Source: Candidatus Collierbacteria bacterium UBA2277
GTDB taxonomy: Bacteria; Patescibacteriota; Microgenomatia; UBA1400; MFAQ01
Length of the DNA stretch: 64,000 nucleotides
Assembly: GCA_002347045.1 (NCBI GenBank)
Contig: DDWV01000001.1
Location: 419,844 to 483,843 of the forward strand
Direction: 5' to 3'
Every line of letters starts with the position of its first letter. Position 1 is the first letter of the stretch. The position numbers and the translations under genes were made by a program. Below the pieces are notes generated by a model. That model searched no databases. It saw only the letters and a program-made list of their open reading frames with translations, and was not told the origin of the DNA. Of the stretch, positions 37,214 to 47,042 are shown piece after piece.

Positions 37214-38371
37214 TTAAGGAATCAATGGTCGATTTGAGAGATTGTCTTTGTTAGCGATCTTATCAAGTATCTCCCATCTCTCTTTTTTAACTTTGGCTGA
37301 AATGTCATCTGGATATAACCTAAAAGAGGCTGTACCTGGACGAGGAGAGTAGCGAGCGACAAATGCAACCTTAAAACCAACTTCCTTAACTAGCTCTAGA
37401 GTGTCATTGAAGTCTTTGTCTGTTTCTCCAGGAAATCCAACTATAATGTCTGTTCCAAAAATTACGTCTGGGACCTTTGCTCTAATTTTGTTTATTACTG
37501 ACAAATAAGATTCGCGAGTATAGCCACGATTCATTCTTTTAAGGATGTCATTGCTTCCAGACTGAACGGGAAGATGTATGAATCTATCTATTTTTTTGTT
37601 AGTGGAGATTTCGTCTATTAGTTCGTCCCAAAAATCCCATGGATTGCTGGTAAAAAAAGTAATTTTTTCTATTTCTGGAATATCACTGATTTTTTTTAGT
37701 AGTGTCACGAATGGTGGAGTGTCTTGAGGTTTTTGATACTGTGATTGATTTGAAGGAATTACCGATGGGTTAAAGTTGTCTTTGTCCATGTATAACTTTC
37801 GAAGAGCTATACCAGACTTCTCTAAGCCAAAAGAGTTTACGTTTTGCCCTAATAGAGTAACGCTTTTATAACCCTCTCTGGCAAGGCTATGTACTTCTGA
37901 AACAATCTCCTCAAGGGGCCTTGATCTCTCTCTTCCTCTTGAAAATGGAACTATGCAGTAGGTGCAAAAAGAGTTACAACCGGTTGATATGGGAACAAGT
38001 GCGTTTTTCTTGTCTTTTCTAATTGCCACTTGATTGAAGCCAACTTCCGAGATAGGAAGGATCTCATCTATTTCGGGAAGTAAGGTTCTTAACTCGTTTT
38101 CGTTAAAGTGAAGCATGCAACCAGTTAGAATTACTTTTGGTTTTTTCTTACCTGTCTCTTTGACGTATTTATCTAAGTTTATAAGAAAACCGCGAACTCT
38201 ATCTTCTGCTGATTGTCTTACAGAACAAGTGTTTAGCACTATTTCGTCGGCCTCTCTCCAGTTTTGAGTTTCGAAAAATCCTCTAGCTAAGTAATCACCA
38301 AGTAATCTTTCGGAGTCTGATTTGTTTGCCTGACAACCGAATGTCTTGATAAATACTGCAGGCATTACCAA
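37214..38371 (-). CDS. miaB: tRNA methylthiotransferase (MiaB/RimO family radical SAM)
   Basis: N-terminal KTFGCQAN...TCSVR, radical SAM CNSFCTYC, adjacency to miaA. Confidence 0.7.
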   Translation of the reverse strand: MVMPAVFIKTFGCQANKSDSERLLGDYLARGFFETQNWREADEIVLNTCSVRQSAEDRVRGFLINLDKYVKETGKKKPKVILTGCMLHFNENELRTLLPEIDEILPISEVGFNQVAIRKDKKNALVPISTGCNSFCTYCIVPFSRGRERSRPLEEIVSEVHSLAREGYKSVTLLGQNVNSFGLEKSGIALRKLYMDKDNFNPSVIPSNQSQYQKPQDTPPFVTLLKKISDIPEIEKITFFTSNPWDFWDELIDEISTNKKIDRFIHLPVQSGSNDILKRMNRGYTRESYLSVINKIRAKVPDVIFGTDIIVGFPGETDKDFNDTLELVKEVGFKVAFVARYSPRPGTASFRLYPDDISAKVKKERWEILDKIANKDNLSNRPLIP

Positions 38372-38640
38372 ACCTTCTTTTTTAATGGTTTTCCTACATG
38401 AAAGTTGATGACTTTATGTCCCTTGACCACTTGCCTCTTTCCTTCGTTTCCAAAGGGGACTACTTGCTTGTCGTCAACTTTACCCACGTAGAATGTTCCA
38501 AATCCTGAGATAACAACTTTCTCTCCCTTTGCGAGTGCTGTGACAGACTCCTCAAAAAATGCGTCTACGGTTTCTTTGACTGCTTTTTTTGTTAGGTGTA
38601 CCTTTTTGGACACTATGCCAATAAGTGTTTGTTTTGTCAT
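38365..38640 (-). CDS. hup: DNA-binding protein HU
   Basis: 91 aa, GFGTF arm motif. Confidence 0.8.
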   Translation of the reverse strand: MTKQTLIGIVSKKVHLTKKAVKETVDAFFEESVTALAKGEKVVISGFGTFYVGKVDDKQVVPFGNEGKRQVVKGHKVINFHVGKPLKKKVW

Positions 38641-38727
38641 ATTTTCACCGCCTTTACGGTGTTTGGGCAGAGTAAGTAGTAATTAATTTAGCTGATGTTA
38701 CCATCAAAAGATATTTTTTTGCAAGTG

Positions 38728-40293
38728 TTAACTGGCAATTTCGGCTGCGCGTGTTTCTCTGATGACGTTTACCTTGACCGTGCCAGGGAATGTCATAGTA
38801 GAGCGGATTTCGTCTCGAATGGCTTGAGCTAGTATTGGTAATTGGTCATCACCAGCCTTACCAGGATTAACAATTACTCGAATTTCTCTTCCTGCGGAGA
38901 TTGCAAATGCATCCTCGACTTCAGGGTGTTTTCTTGCGATTTCTTCTAGCTGTCTAATTCTCTTGCCATACTCTTCTGTGTTTTCATGGCGAGCTCCTGG
39001 ACGAGACCCAGAGATTGCGTCTGCTATGTATACAAGCATTGATTCTACAGAACTAAACTCTTCGTCCTCGTGATGTTGTGCTACACAGTCAAGGGCTGCT
39101 TGTGGAATATTAAATTTTTTCAAGAAAGTTACACCAAGCTCGACATGGTTTGAGTCCCCTTCAAGAACTTTGCCAATGTCGTGGAGGAGACAGCCTAGAC
39201 GAACAATGTCTACATTTGCACCTACTTCGTTTGCAAGCTTGATACCAATTCTAGTTTCTTCTAAAGTGTGACTAATCATGTTTTGACCGTACGAAGTTCT
39301 AAACTTAAACCTACCTAGAACGGCAATTACCTCTCGAGGCATGTTGTAAACACCTACGGCGTGACAAAGCTTGGTACCTTCTTGGAACATGACTTGTTCT
39401 ACGTCTTTTTTGGCTCTATCAAAGTACTCTTCAATTCTTGCGGGATGAATACGACCGTCTTTAATTAATCGAATTAGTGTTACTCTAGCTATTTCCCGAC
39501 GAACTGAGTCAAAACTACTTAGTTTTACTTCATCCGGGGCGTCATCCATGGAAACGTCACAGCCAGAAACTTTTTCAAATATTCGAATGTTTCGGCCGTC
39601 TTTTCCAATAATTCTTCCTTTTGTCTCTTCGTCAGGGATTGGGACAGTAGAAACAGTGTATTCAGCGACATAGTCTGTGGCCCCAGCGCGCATAGAATCA
39701 ACAAGGATTTCTCTTGCTAAGTCATCTGCTTCAATCCTGGCTTTTTCTTCTGTTTCTTTGATAATTCTGGCAATTTCTTGAGAGGATCCTTTTTCAACTT
39801 GAGCTAAAAGTTCTTTTTTGGCTTGTTCTGTGGTGAGTGAAGCAATCTTTTCAAGCTTTTTGGCCATAGCTGTTTCTTGATCGGTAATCTTGAGCTTGAT
39901 AGCTTCAATCTTTTTTTCTTCTTGGTCAAGAGAAAGTTTCTGTTTTTTTACCTTGTCTTCTTCGGCTATTAGATTGCGTTGCTTTTCAGCTACATTTTTT
40001 GAGCGTACCTCGATCTCTTCAAGCTGGATGCGGGCATCTTTTATTGCCTGATCTTTTAATTTAAAGGCTTCGTCTTTGGCTGTGAGGATAATTTCACGAG
40101 CCTGAGACTGGGCTTGAGTCTTTGCCTCGGCGATAATTGCATCAGTGTCAACGGTAGAAACAACCGGAGTGGCTACTGTTTTTTCTTCTTTTGGGGCTAC
40201 AGATGGCTTCAGCGAACTGATCTTTTTGGCTGAACTAGCTGTTGAAGAGCCAGATTTGAAGATATTGGTTTTGAAAATTGAGAGTAATGACAT
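38728..40293 (-). CDS. rny: ribonuclease Y
   Basis: N-terminal anchor/coiled coil, KH (IGKDGRNIR), HD domain (LLHDIGK). Confidence 0.85.
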   Translation of the reverse strand: MSLLSIFKTNIFKSGSSTASSAKKISSLKPSVAPKEEKTVATPVVSTVDTDAIIAEAKTQAQSQAREIILTAKDEAFKLKDQAIKDARIQLEEIEVRSKNVAEKQRNLIAEEDKVKKQKLSLDQEEKKIEAIKLKITDQETAMAKKLEKIASLTTEQAKKELLAQVEKGSSQEIARIIKETEEKARIEADDLAREILVDSMRAGATDYVAEYTVSTVPIPDEETKGRIIGKDGRNIRIFEKVSGCDVSMDDAPDEVKLSSFDSVRREIARVTLIRLIKDGRIHPARIEEYFDRAKKDVEQVMFQEGTKLCHAVGVYNMPREVIAVLGRFKFRTSYGQNMISHTLEETRIGIKLANEVGANVDIVRLGCLLHDIGKVLEGDSNHVELGVTFLKKFNIPQAALDCVAQHHEDEEFSSVESMLVYIADAISGSRPGARHENTEEYGKRIRQLEEIARKHPEVEDAFAISAGREIRVIVNPGKAGDDQLPILAQAIRDEIRSTMTFPGTVKVNVIRETRAAEIAS

Positions 40294-40441
40294 GGTTTAA
40301 GTAACTATTAAACCTAGTCTAAAAAAGCCAGAAAGTACGCAAAAATCAGCCGCGAGGCGGTTGAATTAAAAAAATGTTTGTGTTATTAAGTTCCAACATT
40401 GCGTATTTTAAGAATGACTATCTTAGATTAGTAAGCATATT

Positions 40442-40918
40442 TTAGTCTTCAAAAGCTCCCACGTCAAATGCTTTGTTGATTATGGAAGAGCTGAAACCAC
40501 GACCATAGAGCTTTGCTGTCAGTTTGTATCTGTCGTATTTCGAGTATTTTGCTTTTAATTTGGAAATTGTTTCTAGCTGTGCTTCTGGAGTAGCTTCTTC
40601 TTCTATGGCTAGAGAAATCTTGTCTTTTTCGAGGTTAAGTCTAAGAAGTTTGAGGAATATGATTTTGGGTCCATAGCCTTTGGAAAGCTGCCTTCTTACA
40701 TAGCCATTTGCAAGGACTTGATCATTTAGATAGCCACTTTTTGACAGGTCAAACAATATCTCATCGATAGTATCGTAAGCGTCACAAAAACTAAGCTTTT
40801 TAGCCCTTTGGATAAGCTTGTCTCGGAGTCTGTTTCTAAAGTAAGGCTGACGATTTAAACAAACAGTTGCATACTTTAGAAGACTTGAGCGAGTGTCATT
40901 TAGTGGGGATTGGCCCAT
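40442..40918 (-). CDS. recX: RecA regulator RecX
   Basis: Follows recA, helical repeat protein ~158 aa. Confidence 0.6.
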   Translation of the reverse strand: MGQSPLNDTRSSLLKYATVCLNRQPYFRNRLRDKLIQRAKKLSFCDAYDTIDEILFDLSKSGYLNDQVLANGYVRRQLSKGYGPKIIFLKLLRLNLEKDKISLAIEEEATPEAQLETISKLKAKYSKYDRYKLTAKLYGRGFSSSIINKAFDVGAFED

Positions 40919-41951
40919 CGTTGACTTTTTTGATGACTTGTCTCTTTATTTTTTCGAGTAGCTCAGGCTTTTCTGCAAGAATGGCTTTGGCTGACTCACG
41001 ACCTTGAGCAATAGTTTCTCCCTCGTACTTTAGGAAGGAACCTGATTTTTCGACGATTTCATAAAGAATGGCTGTGTCCAAGATGTCTCCGATTTTACTT
41101 ATACCGCCAATATTTAACACATCGAACTCTGCTGACCTAAAAGGTGAGGCTACTTTGTTTTTTACTATTTTGGCTCTGTGTCTGGAGCCAACAATCTCAT
41201 CCCCTTCTTGGATATTTCCAATCTTGCGCATGTCGATGCGGATAGAAGAGTAGAATTTTAGAGCTTTTCCTCCTGTGGTAACTTCCGGATTTCCAAACAT
41301 AACGCCGATTTTTTCACGGAGCTGGTTTGTAAAAATTACAATGCACTTACTCTTTGAGATGGAACCGGTGATCTTTCTAAGAGCCTGGCTCATAAGTCGG
41401 GCCTGCATACCCATAGCAGCGTCTCCCATCTCCCCCTCTATTTCAGCTTTGGGAACTAGAGCGGCGACCGAGTCTATGACGACCACGTCAACTCCTCCAG
41501 AGCGAATTAATGTTTCTGCTATTTCTAGAGCTTGCTCTCCATTGTCTGGCTGAGATAGTAGTAGACTTTCAAGATCGACTCCAATTGATTTTGCTCTGGA
41601 TGGGTCAACTGCGTGCTCTGCATCGATAAAAGCTGCAACACCTCCTGTTTTTTGAGCTTCGGCGATCACATGGAGAGCAAGTGTAGTTTTTCCTGAAGCC
41701 TCTGGACCATAGATCTCAACAATTCGACCTCGGGGGAAGCCACCGATACCAAGGGCTAGATCTAAGCTAATGGATCCGGTAGAGATAACTGGAATTTTTT
41801 CACCAATTTTGTCTGAACCCATGCGCATAATTGCACCTTCTCCAAACTGTTTGGTAATTTGTTGCATGGCAATCTTGACGGCAGTTAGACGAGCTTCATT
41901 GTCTTTTGCTTGAACTACTTTAGGGGTTTCTACTTTTGGTTTTCTGGCCAT
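40896..41951 (-). CDS. recA: recombinase RecA (start at MARKPK; ORF-track N-terminal extension to 42158 is spurious and overlaps tRNA)
   Basis: Walker [11 protein letters not shown]1/L2 loops, 351 aa from ATG at 41951. Confidence 0.9.
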   Translation of the reverse strand: MARKPKVETPKVVQAKDNEARLTAVKIAMQQITKQFGEGAIMRMGSDKIGEKIPVISTGSISLDLALGIGGFPRGRIVEIYGPEASGKTTLALHVIAEAQKTGGVAAFIDAEHAVDPSRAKSIGVDLESLLLSQPDNGEQALEIAETLIRSGGVDVVVIDSVAALVPKAEIEGEMGDAAMGMQARLMSQALRKITGSISKSKCIVIFTNQLREKIGVMFGNPEVTTGGKALKFYSSIRIDMRKIGNIQEGDEIVGSRHRAKIVKNKVASPFRSAEFDVLNIGGISKIGDILDTAILYEIVEKSGSFLKYEGETIAQGRESAKAILAEKPELLEKIKRQVIKKVNDGPIPTK

Positions 41952-42084
41952 ATTATTTAGTGTTTTTATAACTCTGAAAATCATTATATGCTTTCGGGTT
42001 ATTTTTGCAATATTTAGCTGAGATTGTTTTTTGATATCTTTAGAAGAGACGCCTTGATACATGATAAAATAGGCATGTTTGATT

Positions 42085-42155
42085 CGGGGTGTAGTATAAC
42101 GGTAGTATTTGCGCATGGGGTGCGCAAGGCTGGAGTTCAATTCTCCACACCCCGA
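42085..42155 (+). tRNA. tRNA-Pro (anticodon GGG), no encoded CCA
   Basis: Acceptor CGGGGTG/CACCCCG, D-arm GTAT/GTAT (two G-U wobble pairs) with GG loop, anticodon stem TGCGC/GCGCA loop ATGGGGT, T-arm TGGAG-TTCAATT-CTCCA. Confidence 0.6.
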
Positions 42156-42222
42156 CAATATAAATAGGCTAGTTTCAGGGATGTGCCCTTCGCTTGTGAT
42201 ATTTGTTGTGATAAGTTCTCCA

Positions 42223-42230
42223 CCCCCCCC
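42223..42230. repeat. homopolymeric C8 (G8) tract upstream of LPXTG surface-protein gene
   Basis: CACCCCCCCC ~50 nt upstream of ATG 42278. Confidence 0.8.
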
Positions 42231-42277
42231 AAATAGGAAAATTGGTTACTTAGATTGAGATTAGTGTTACAATTATT

Positions 42278-43561
42278 TTGTTATATTTATTACATATATT
42301 AATGACGGGAAAAGAATATATTAATTTTTATCACGCTCAAAACCGAAATGTACTATTATCTTATATTCTGATATTGTTCTTAGTTTTTTTTCCTCTTGTG
42401 GTTTTAACTCCAAATACTTTTTTATCTCCAACAAATGTATATGCAGCAACCTCTCCAAGCTTGGGAATGGCTGACACTTTTGGTATCTTGTCTAGCACGT
42501 ACACGAACACTGTCTCCGGAACATCGATTACGGGAGATCTTGGTTATACTACTGGACCAACCGTTGCACCAACGGTAAGTGGTACTACTTATGTTGCAGA
42601 TGGAACATACAATACCGCCGGAGCAGATCAGAGCAGTGCTTTGGCAAATCTAAATGGCCAAACATGTACACATACCTTTCCTGATGGAGCGATTGATCTT
42701 GCTACTGACACTACACATGGAACGGTAGGAGTGTATCTACCGGGCGTGTACTGCACAGGTGCCGCAAGCGCAGCATCTATCGGAGTTGGAGGTATTACTT
42801 TATCCGGAAGCGGAACATATATTTTTAAAATAACGGGGGCACTAACAACCGTCGATAACTCAGCGGTTTCATTAGATAATGGTGCGTCATCTTGTGATGT
42901 GTTTTGGGCTCCTGTAGGAGCAACTACATTGGGGGCGAACTCGACGTTTGTGGGAACAAATATTGATGATGCTGGAATAACAATTGGAAGTACTGTGACC
43001 TGGAATGGAAGAGCTTTGGCTTTTGGAGGAACAGTGACGACAGATGTCGATACAATTTCAACTACATGTGTAGTGGCACCAACCCCGACACCCACTCCGA
43101 CTACAACACCTACTCCTACTGTAGCCCCAACAGCCTCAACGACGACGACTACTTCCTCGACAGAGAGCAAAACAAGTAGCACACCCTGTCCGCCTCTGGA
43201 TGAAGGGATAGTAACACCTGACATTATTGAGTCAAGAAGAGTCGATGAAAACAGTATTTACATAAGCTGGGGACCATATTCCGGAACGGATGAATATATT
43301 GTATCTTTTGGTCCGACAGATGGAGACTGGCTTTATAGTACTGATGTTACAGGATTTTCAACAACTCTTAGTTCACTTCCTACTAATCAGTCAATGTGGG
43401 TTAGGGTGGCAGCCAGAAATTATTGCCAGATCGGTGAATATGGACCTTCAAAGCAAATTGGTGTGGTTGCGAGACAGAGTTCTCCTGGTTTACCAGATAC
43501 TGGAAGTCCGCGCTTGCCGGATACTGGATTTGGGACACGACCAAGACTAAATATTTTGTAA
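42278..43561 (+). CDS. surface protein: signal peptide, ice-binding-like (DUF3494) domain, Thr/Pro-rich linker, FN3-like domain, tandem LPDTG motifs, truncated C-terminal tail
   Basis: Paralog of next gene; PTPTPTPTTTPTPT linker; ...GLPDTGSPRLPDTGFGTRPRLNIL* lacks hydrophobic/charged anchor. Confidence 0.7.
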   Translation: MLYLLHILMTGKEYINFYHAQNRNVLLSYILILFLVFFPLVVLTPNTFLSPTNVYAATSPSLGMADTFGILSSTYTNTVSGTSITGDLGYTTGPTVAPTVSGTTYVADGTYNTAGADQSSALANLNGQTCTHTFPDGAIDLATDTTHGTVGVYLPGVYCTGAASAASIGVGGITLSGSGTYIFKITGALTTVDNSAVSLDNGASSCDVFWAPVGATTLGANSTFVGTNIDDAGITIGSTVTWNGRALAFGGTVTTDVDTISTTCVVAPTPTPTPTTTPTPTVAPTASTTTTTSSTESKTSSTPCPPLDEGIVTPDIIESRRVDENSIYISWGPYSGTDEYIVSFGPTDGDWLYSTDVTGFSTTLSSLPTNQSMWVRVAARNYCQIGEYGPSKQIGVVARQSSPGLPDTGSPRLPDTGFGTRPRLNIL

Positions 43562-43576
43562 TTTATTTTACTGCCT

Positions 43577-43610
43577 AGGTTTGACATTTGGAATTTTGTT
43601 GTATAAATTG
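43577..43610 (+). promoter_or_regulatory. sigma70-like promoter TTGACA-N15/16-TATAAAT for second LPXTG gene
   Basis: Hexamers in intergenic gap. Confidence 0.35.
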
Positions 43611-43634
43611 GATGTAGTTAGTAAGAAAAATATT

Positions 43635-44891
43635 ATGAACATCAGAAATATTGCTTTTCTATTGGTCGCACCATTACTTACTTTTTTTTCTGTTACTTTT
43701 TGGATGACGACACCGGTGTATGCAGCAACAGCAGTTGACCTTTTGTCGACTAAGAACTTTGCTGTGTTTGCAAAAACGGCAGTTACTGATGTTCCAACTT
43801 CAGAAATAACAGGAGATGTTGGTTTGTCGGACGGTGCCAGTATCACTGGACTTACTTGTTCAGAGGTAACGGGCACGATTTACGATGGAGATGGTGGTTA
43901 TACGGGCGGAGGAACTTGTTATGTCACTGATGCAGCTAAACTTACCACGGCAGAAACAGACTTGGTAACCGCATCAAATGATGCTTCAGGAAGAACGCCA
44001 ACAACCACCTTTGTTGCAGCGGATAACCAGCTTGGTGGAAAAACATTAACTCCTGGAGTGTATGCGTTTGGAGGCGCTACAACTGCACACCTAACCGGAA
44101 CTTTGGTGCTTGATGGGCAAGGAGACCCGAATGCGGTTTGGATTTTCCAGGCCTCATCGGATTTGATTACTGCTTCAAACAGTGTGATGTCTCTCATTAA
44201 CGCCGCACAGGCATGTAATGTTTTTTGGGTGGTATCAACACAGACAACTCTTGGTTCGGATTCAACATTTATTGGAACAATAATGAGCGGATCTTCTGTG
44301 GTACTGGAAACTGATGCAGTCTTGTATGGAGCTGCAATGTCAAGAACAGCGGCGGTAACTTTGGATAGTAACACAATTTCAGTACAGTACTGTGCGGCAG
44401 TCACAACAACAGCAACAACGACTTCGGTTGGATCATCAATTGGTGATAACAGTACTCCGGTTTCGTATTGTCCCCCCATAGAACCGGGAGTTGTTGCTCC
44501 AAGCATAATTGATTCAGAAAGAATTGATGCCGATAGTATATATATAAGTTGGGGACCTTACTCAGGAACGAATGATTTTATAGTCGAGTATGGAACAACC
44601 AAAGATAATTTAATTTACAACGTAAATGTTACTGGGTTTTCTACGACACTAAATGGATTACCGGCAAACCAACCAATCTGGGTAAGAGTAGCTGCTAGAA
44701 ATGAGTGTATGGTTGGGACTTTTGAAGCAGCAGTACTAGTTGGGAGAATAACTCTTGTGGGTGCACCTAGACTACCAGATACAGGATTTGGAGGAGACAG
44801 TAGTAGACTTTGGATGATATTTACAGGCTTGCTCTCAGGTTATGGAGTGTTTCAGTTCATCTTGAGAATACGTAAAAACAGTTCGGAGTAA
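43635..44891 (+). CDS. LPXTG cell-wall-anchored surface protein with ice-binding-like (DUF3494) and FN3-like domains
   Basis: Signal peptide ...TTPVYA, DUF3494-like body, LPDTG + hydrophobic stretch + RIRK tail; start moved to MNIRN (ORF track 43581). Confidence 0.75.
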   Translation: MNIRNIAFLLVAPLLTFFSVTFWMTTPVYAATAVDLLSTKNFAVFAKTAVTDVPTSEITGDVGLSDGASITGLTCSEVTGTIYDGDGGYTGGGTCYVTDAAKLTTAETDLVTASNDASGRTPTTTFVAADNQLGGKTLTPGVYAFGGATTAHLTGTLVLDGQGDPNAVWIFQASSDLITASNSVMSLINAAQACNVFWVVSTQTTLGSDSTFIGTIMSGSSVVLETDAVLYGAAMSRTAAVTLDSNTISVQYCAAVTTTATTTSVGSSIGDNSTPVSYCPPIEPGVVAPSIIDSERIDADSIYISWGPYSGTNDFIVEYGTTKDNLIYNVNVTGFSTTLNGLPANQPIWVRVAARNECMVGTFEAAVLVGRITLVGAPRLPDTGFGGDSSRLWMIFTGLLSGYGVFQFILRIRKNSSE

Positions 44892-45724
44892 TGAATCCTA
44901 AAATATATTTAATTTCGCTATTTGTTGTAATGTTTTTGGTGGGTGGTGTGATAATGACTAGAAATCAGTTGTTTTTACCCAGAAGAAACCTAACAAATGA
45001 CACCTTAGGCGATAGTTCTTTTGGCTGGAAATTTCCAATTGAAAAATTTCCTTCTGGACAAGTAACGGAGTCTGGAGCTTATTCTGAGCTTAGAAAAACT
45101 GGAGGTTCTCCACGAGGACTTCCAGTCCGTTTACTGATACCTATCATCGGAGTGGACTCAGTAATTGAAGATGCATATATTACTCCAGATGGAAGAATGG
45201 ATGTTCCTGCAGGTTCCAAAAATGTTGCTTGGTTTGCAATTGGTACTATTCCCGGACAGAAGGGCAGTGCAGTGATTGGAGGGCATTTTGGCATTGATAA
45301 CGGAGAGCCGAAGGTTTTCTATGATTTAAATAAGCTTGTAGCGGGAGATAAAATTTTTATTATTGATGACTTTGATAACACTTTGGCATTTATCGTACGA
45401 TCAATCAGGTTATTTGACAGAAATGCTGATGCAACTTCTGTTTTTTATTCAAATGATGGTCTAGCTCATTTGAACGTTATTACTTGTGAAGGAGAGTGGA
45501 ACAGGGTTGAAGATAGTTATCCTGATAGAAGAGTTGTGTTTACTGATTCTATACCTTGGGAAGAGCCTGTAAGAGATGTAAAAACTAAGCCTATTGAAAC
45601 TAAAATAAATCCATCATTGCCTCAAACAGATGACACTATTGACCCAAAGACGCAAGAAGAACAAACATTTTTTCAAAAAATTGTATTCATGCTAATAAAT
45701 TCTATTAAGAACCTCAGAAAATAA
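44891..45724 (+). CDS. sortase (transpeptidase)
   Basis: N-terminal TM, GGHFG His, LNVITCEG (TLxTC), RRVVFTD Arg. Confidence 0.7.
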   Translation: MNPKIYLISLFVVMFLVGGVIMTRNQLFLPRRNLTNDTLGDSSFGWKFPIEKFPSGQVTESGAYSELRKTGGSPRGLPVRLLIPIIGVDSVIEDAYITPDGRMDVPAGSKNVAWFAIGTIPGQKGSAVIGGHFGIDNGEPKVFYDLNKLVAGDKIFIIDDFDNTLAFIVRSIRLFDRNADATSVFYSNDGLAHLNVITCEGEWNRVEDSYPDRRVVFTDSIPWEEPVRDVKTKPIETKINPSLPQTDDTIDPKTQEEQTFFQKIVFMLINSIKNLRK

Positions 45725-46335
45725 TGTTTATTCACTGGAATGGATCAAGAAAAAAGTCTGTGTTATTGGTGTCTTCTGTTATCTTATATTCGGTCTCTTC
45801 GTTTGGCCTTTACAAGTTTCAAGTCGAGGAAAAAGAAGCCCCCTTTAGTAGTAATATTCAAACAGAGGCATCTGAAAATGAGACTGTATATCCAGGTATT
45901 CCTGTAAGTTTATTGATACCTGAAATTGATGTTAGAGCTGACATCCAACTATTAGGTGTAGATGCAAATGGAAAAATGGAAGTCCCAACAAATGCTTATG
46001 ATGTTGGATGGTTTGAACTTGGGTCTCGCCCTGGGGAAGTTGGCAGTGCAGTTATTGCTGGACACATGGACTCCAGAAGTGGAACGATGGGAGTATTTGC
46101 AAATTTACATAAGCTAAAAGAAAAAAACATCTTGTATGTTCAAGATAATCTGGGAACAATGCATATCTTTATTGTTCGTGAAATCCGCATTCTTGGTTCA
46201 GGATTTGCTAATGAAGTCTTTAGTAATAACGATGGCTCTCATCTAAACTTGGTTACTTGTGACGGAGTATGGGATAACAAGAATAAAAGTTATGATAAGC
46301 GATTGGTAGTATTCACCGACAAACTAAATATATAA
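45724..46335 (+). CDS. sortase (transpeptidase), second paralog
   Basis: AGHMD His, LNLVTCDG (TLxTC), KRLVVFTD. Confidence 0.7.
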   Translation: MFIHWNGSRKKSVLLVSSVILYSVSSFGLYKFQVEEKEAPFSSNIQTEASENETVYPGIPVSLLIPEIDVRADIQLLGVDANGKMEVPTNAYDVGWFELGSRPGEVGSAVIAGHMDSRSGTMGVFANLHKLKEKNILYVQDNLGTMHIFIVREIRILGSGFANEVFSNNDGSHLNLVTCDGVWDNKNKSYDKRLVVFTDKLNI

Positions 46336-46637
46336 TTCTTAAATACTAGCTGCTTATCTTTTAGTAATGATAGGTCGGCAAAATCTTTACCTATCCCCGT
46401 AGCTTACTTTTTATCACAAAGAGTATTTATTGAATTCATATTTACGCCATTGTTCCACAATATCTTTTTTATACTGATTTAAATTCTAGTGAACCTGGTG
46501 AAAATAATATTTTTCCAAAGACGAAACATATTTTTTGGTTACTTTAATGTTTTAAAGAAAGTAAGAAAGAACATGCCTGACAAAAAAAGCGTTTATGCCC
46601 TGGTAATTTATATTATTGAGTGATATATTTCACCTAA

Positions 46638-47042
46638 ATGACAAAATCAAAGAAAGAGGAGTTCTTCCCCCCTTGTGAAGCTCCGATTCATTGTGATGAG
46701 TGTGACGGCGTTGGCAGAACCAAAGATCACTTTACGCCAAAGTGCATTGCAAAACTTTGGGGGTGGAGCGGAAAACAAATAGGTGCTGAGGAAAATCTTC
46801 AGTATTTGTCAGAACCGTGCCATATCGCAAAGGATATAAGTACTCCTGCAAGATATGAGCTGGCAAAAGAACAGATGGACGGTGCTTATATTGCTTTTGG
46901 AGAACACCAAATGGTAGATGACCCGGAAAAGTACAGAGAACACTTAAGAAAAATTAAGCTTGAACCAAAGGAAATCAGAAGAGTTGCCCTAAGAAAGTAC
47001 AAAAGGGGAAAGCATCATAAAACAAAATTTAAGGCGCTTTAG
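46638..47042 (+). CDS. small HNH nuclease (134 aa)
   Basis: CDECDG...DHFTPK...ENLQYLSEPCHIAKD His-Me finger pattern. Confidence 0.5.
   Translation: MTKSKKEEFFPPCEAPIHCDECDGVGRTKDHFTPKCIAKLWGWSGKQIGAEENLQYLSEPCHIAKDISTPARYELAKEQMDGAYIAFGEHQMVDDPEKYREHLRKIKLEPKEIRRVALRKYKRGKHHKTKFKAL

Noticed and set aside
41952-42158. N-terminal 69-aa extension of the recA ORF
   Set aside because: It overlaps tRNA-Pro on the opposite strand. RecA homology begins at MARKPK (ATG 41951).
43568-43876. ORF 43568..43876 (-) and other antisense ORFs inside the LPXTG genes (42628..43224, 43919..44506)
   Set aside because: They are antisense to long, domain-bearing surface-protein genes. Their Val/Gly/Thr-rich translations are artefacts of reading Thr/Pro/Gly-rich coding DNA backwards.
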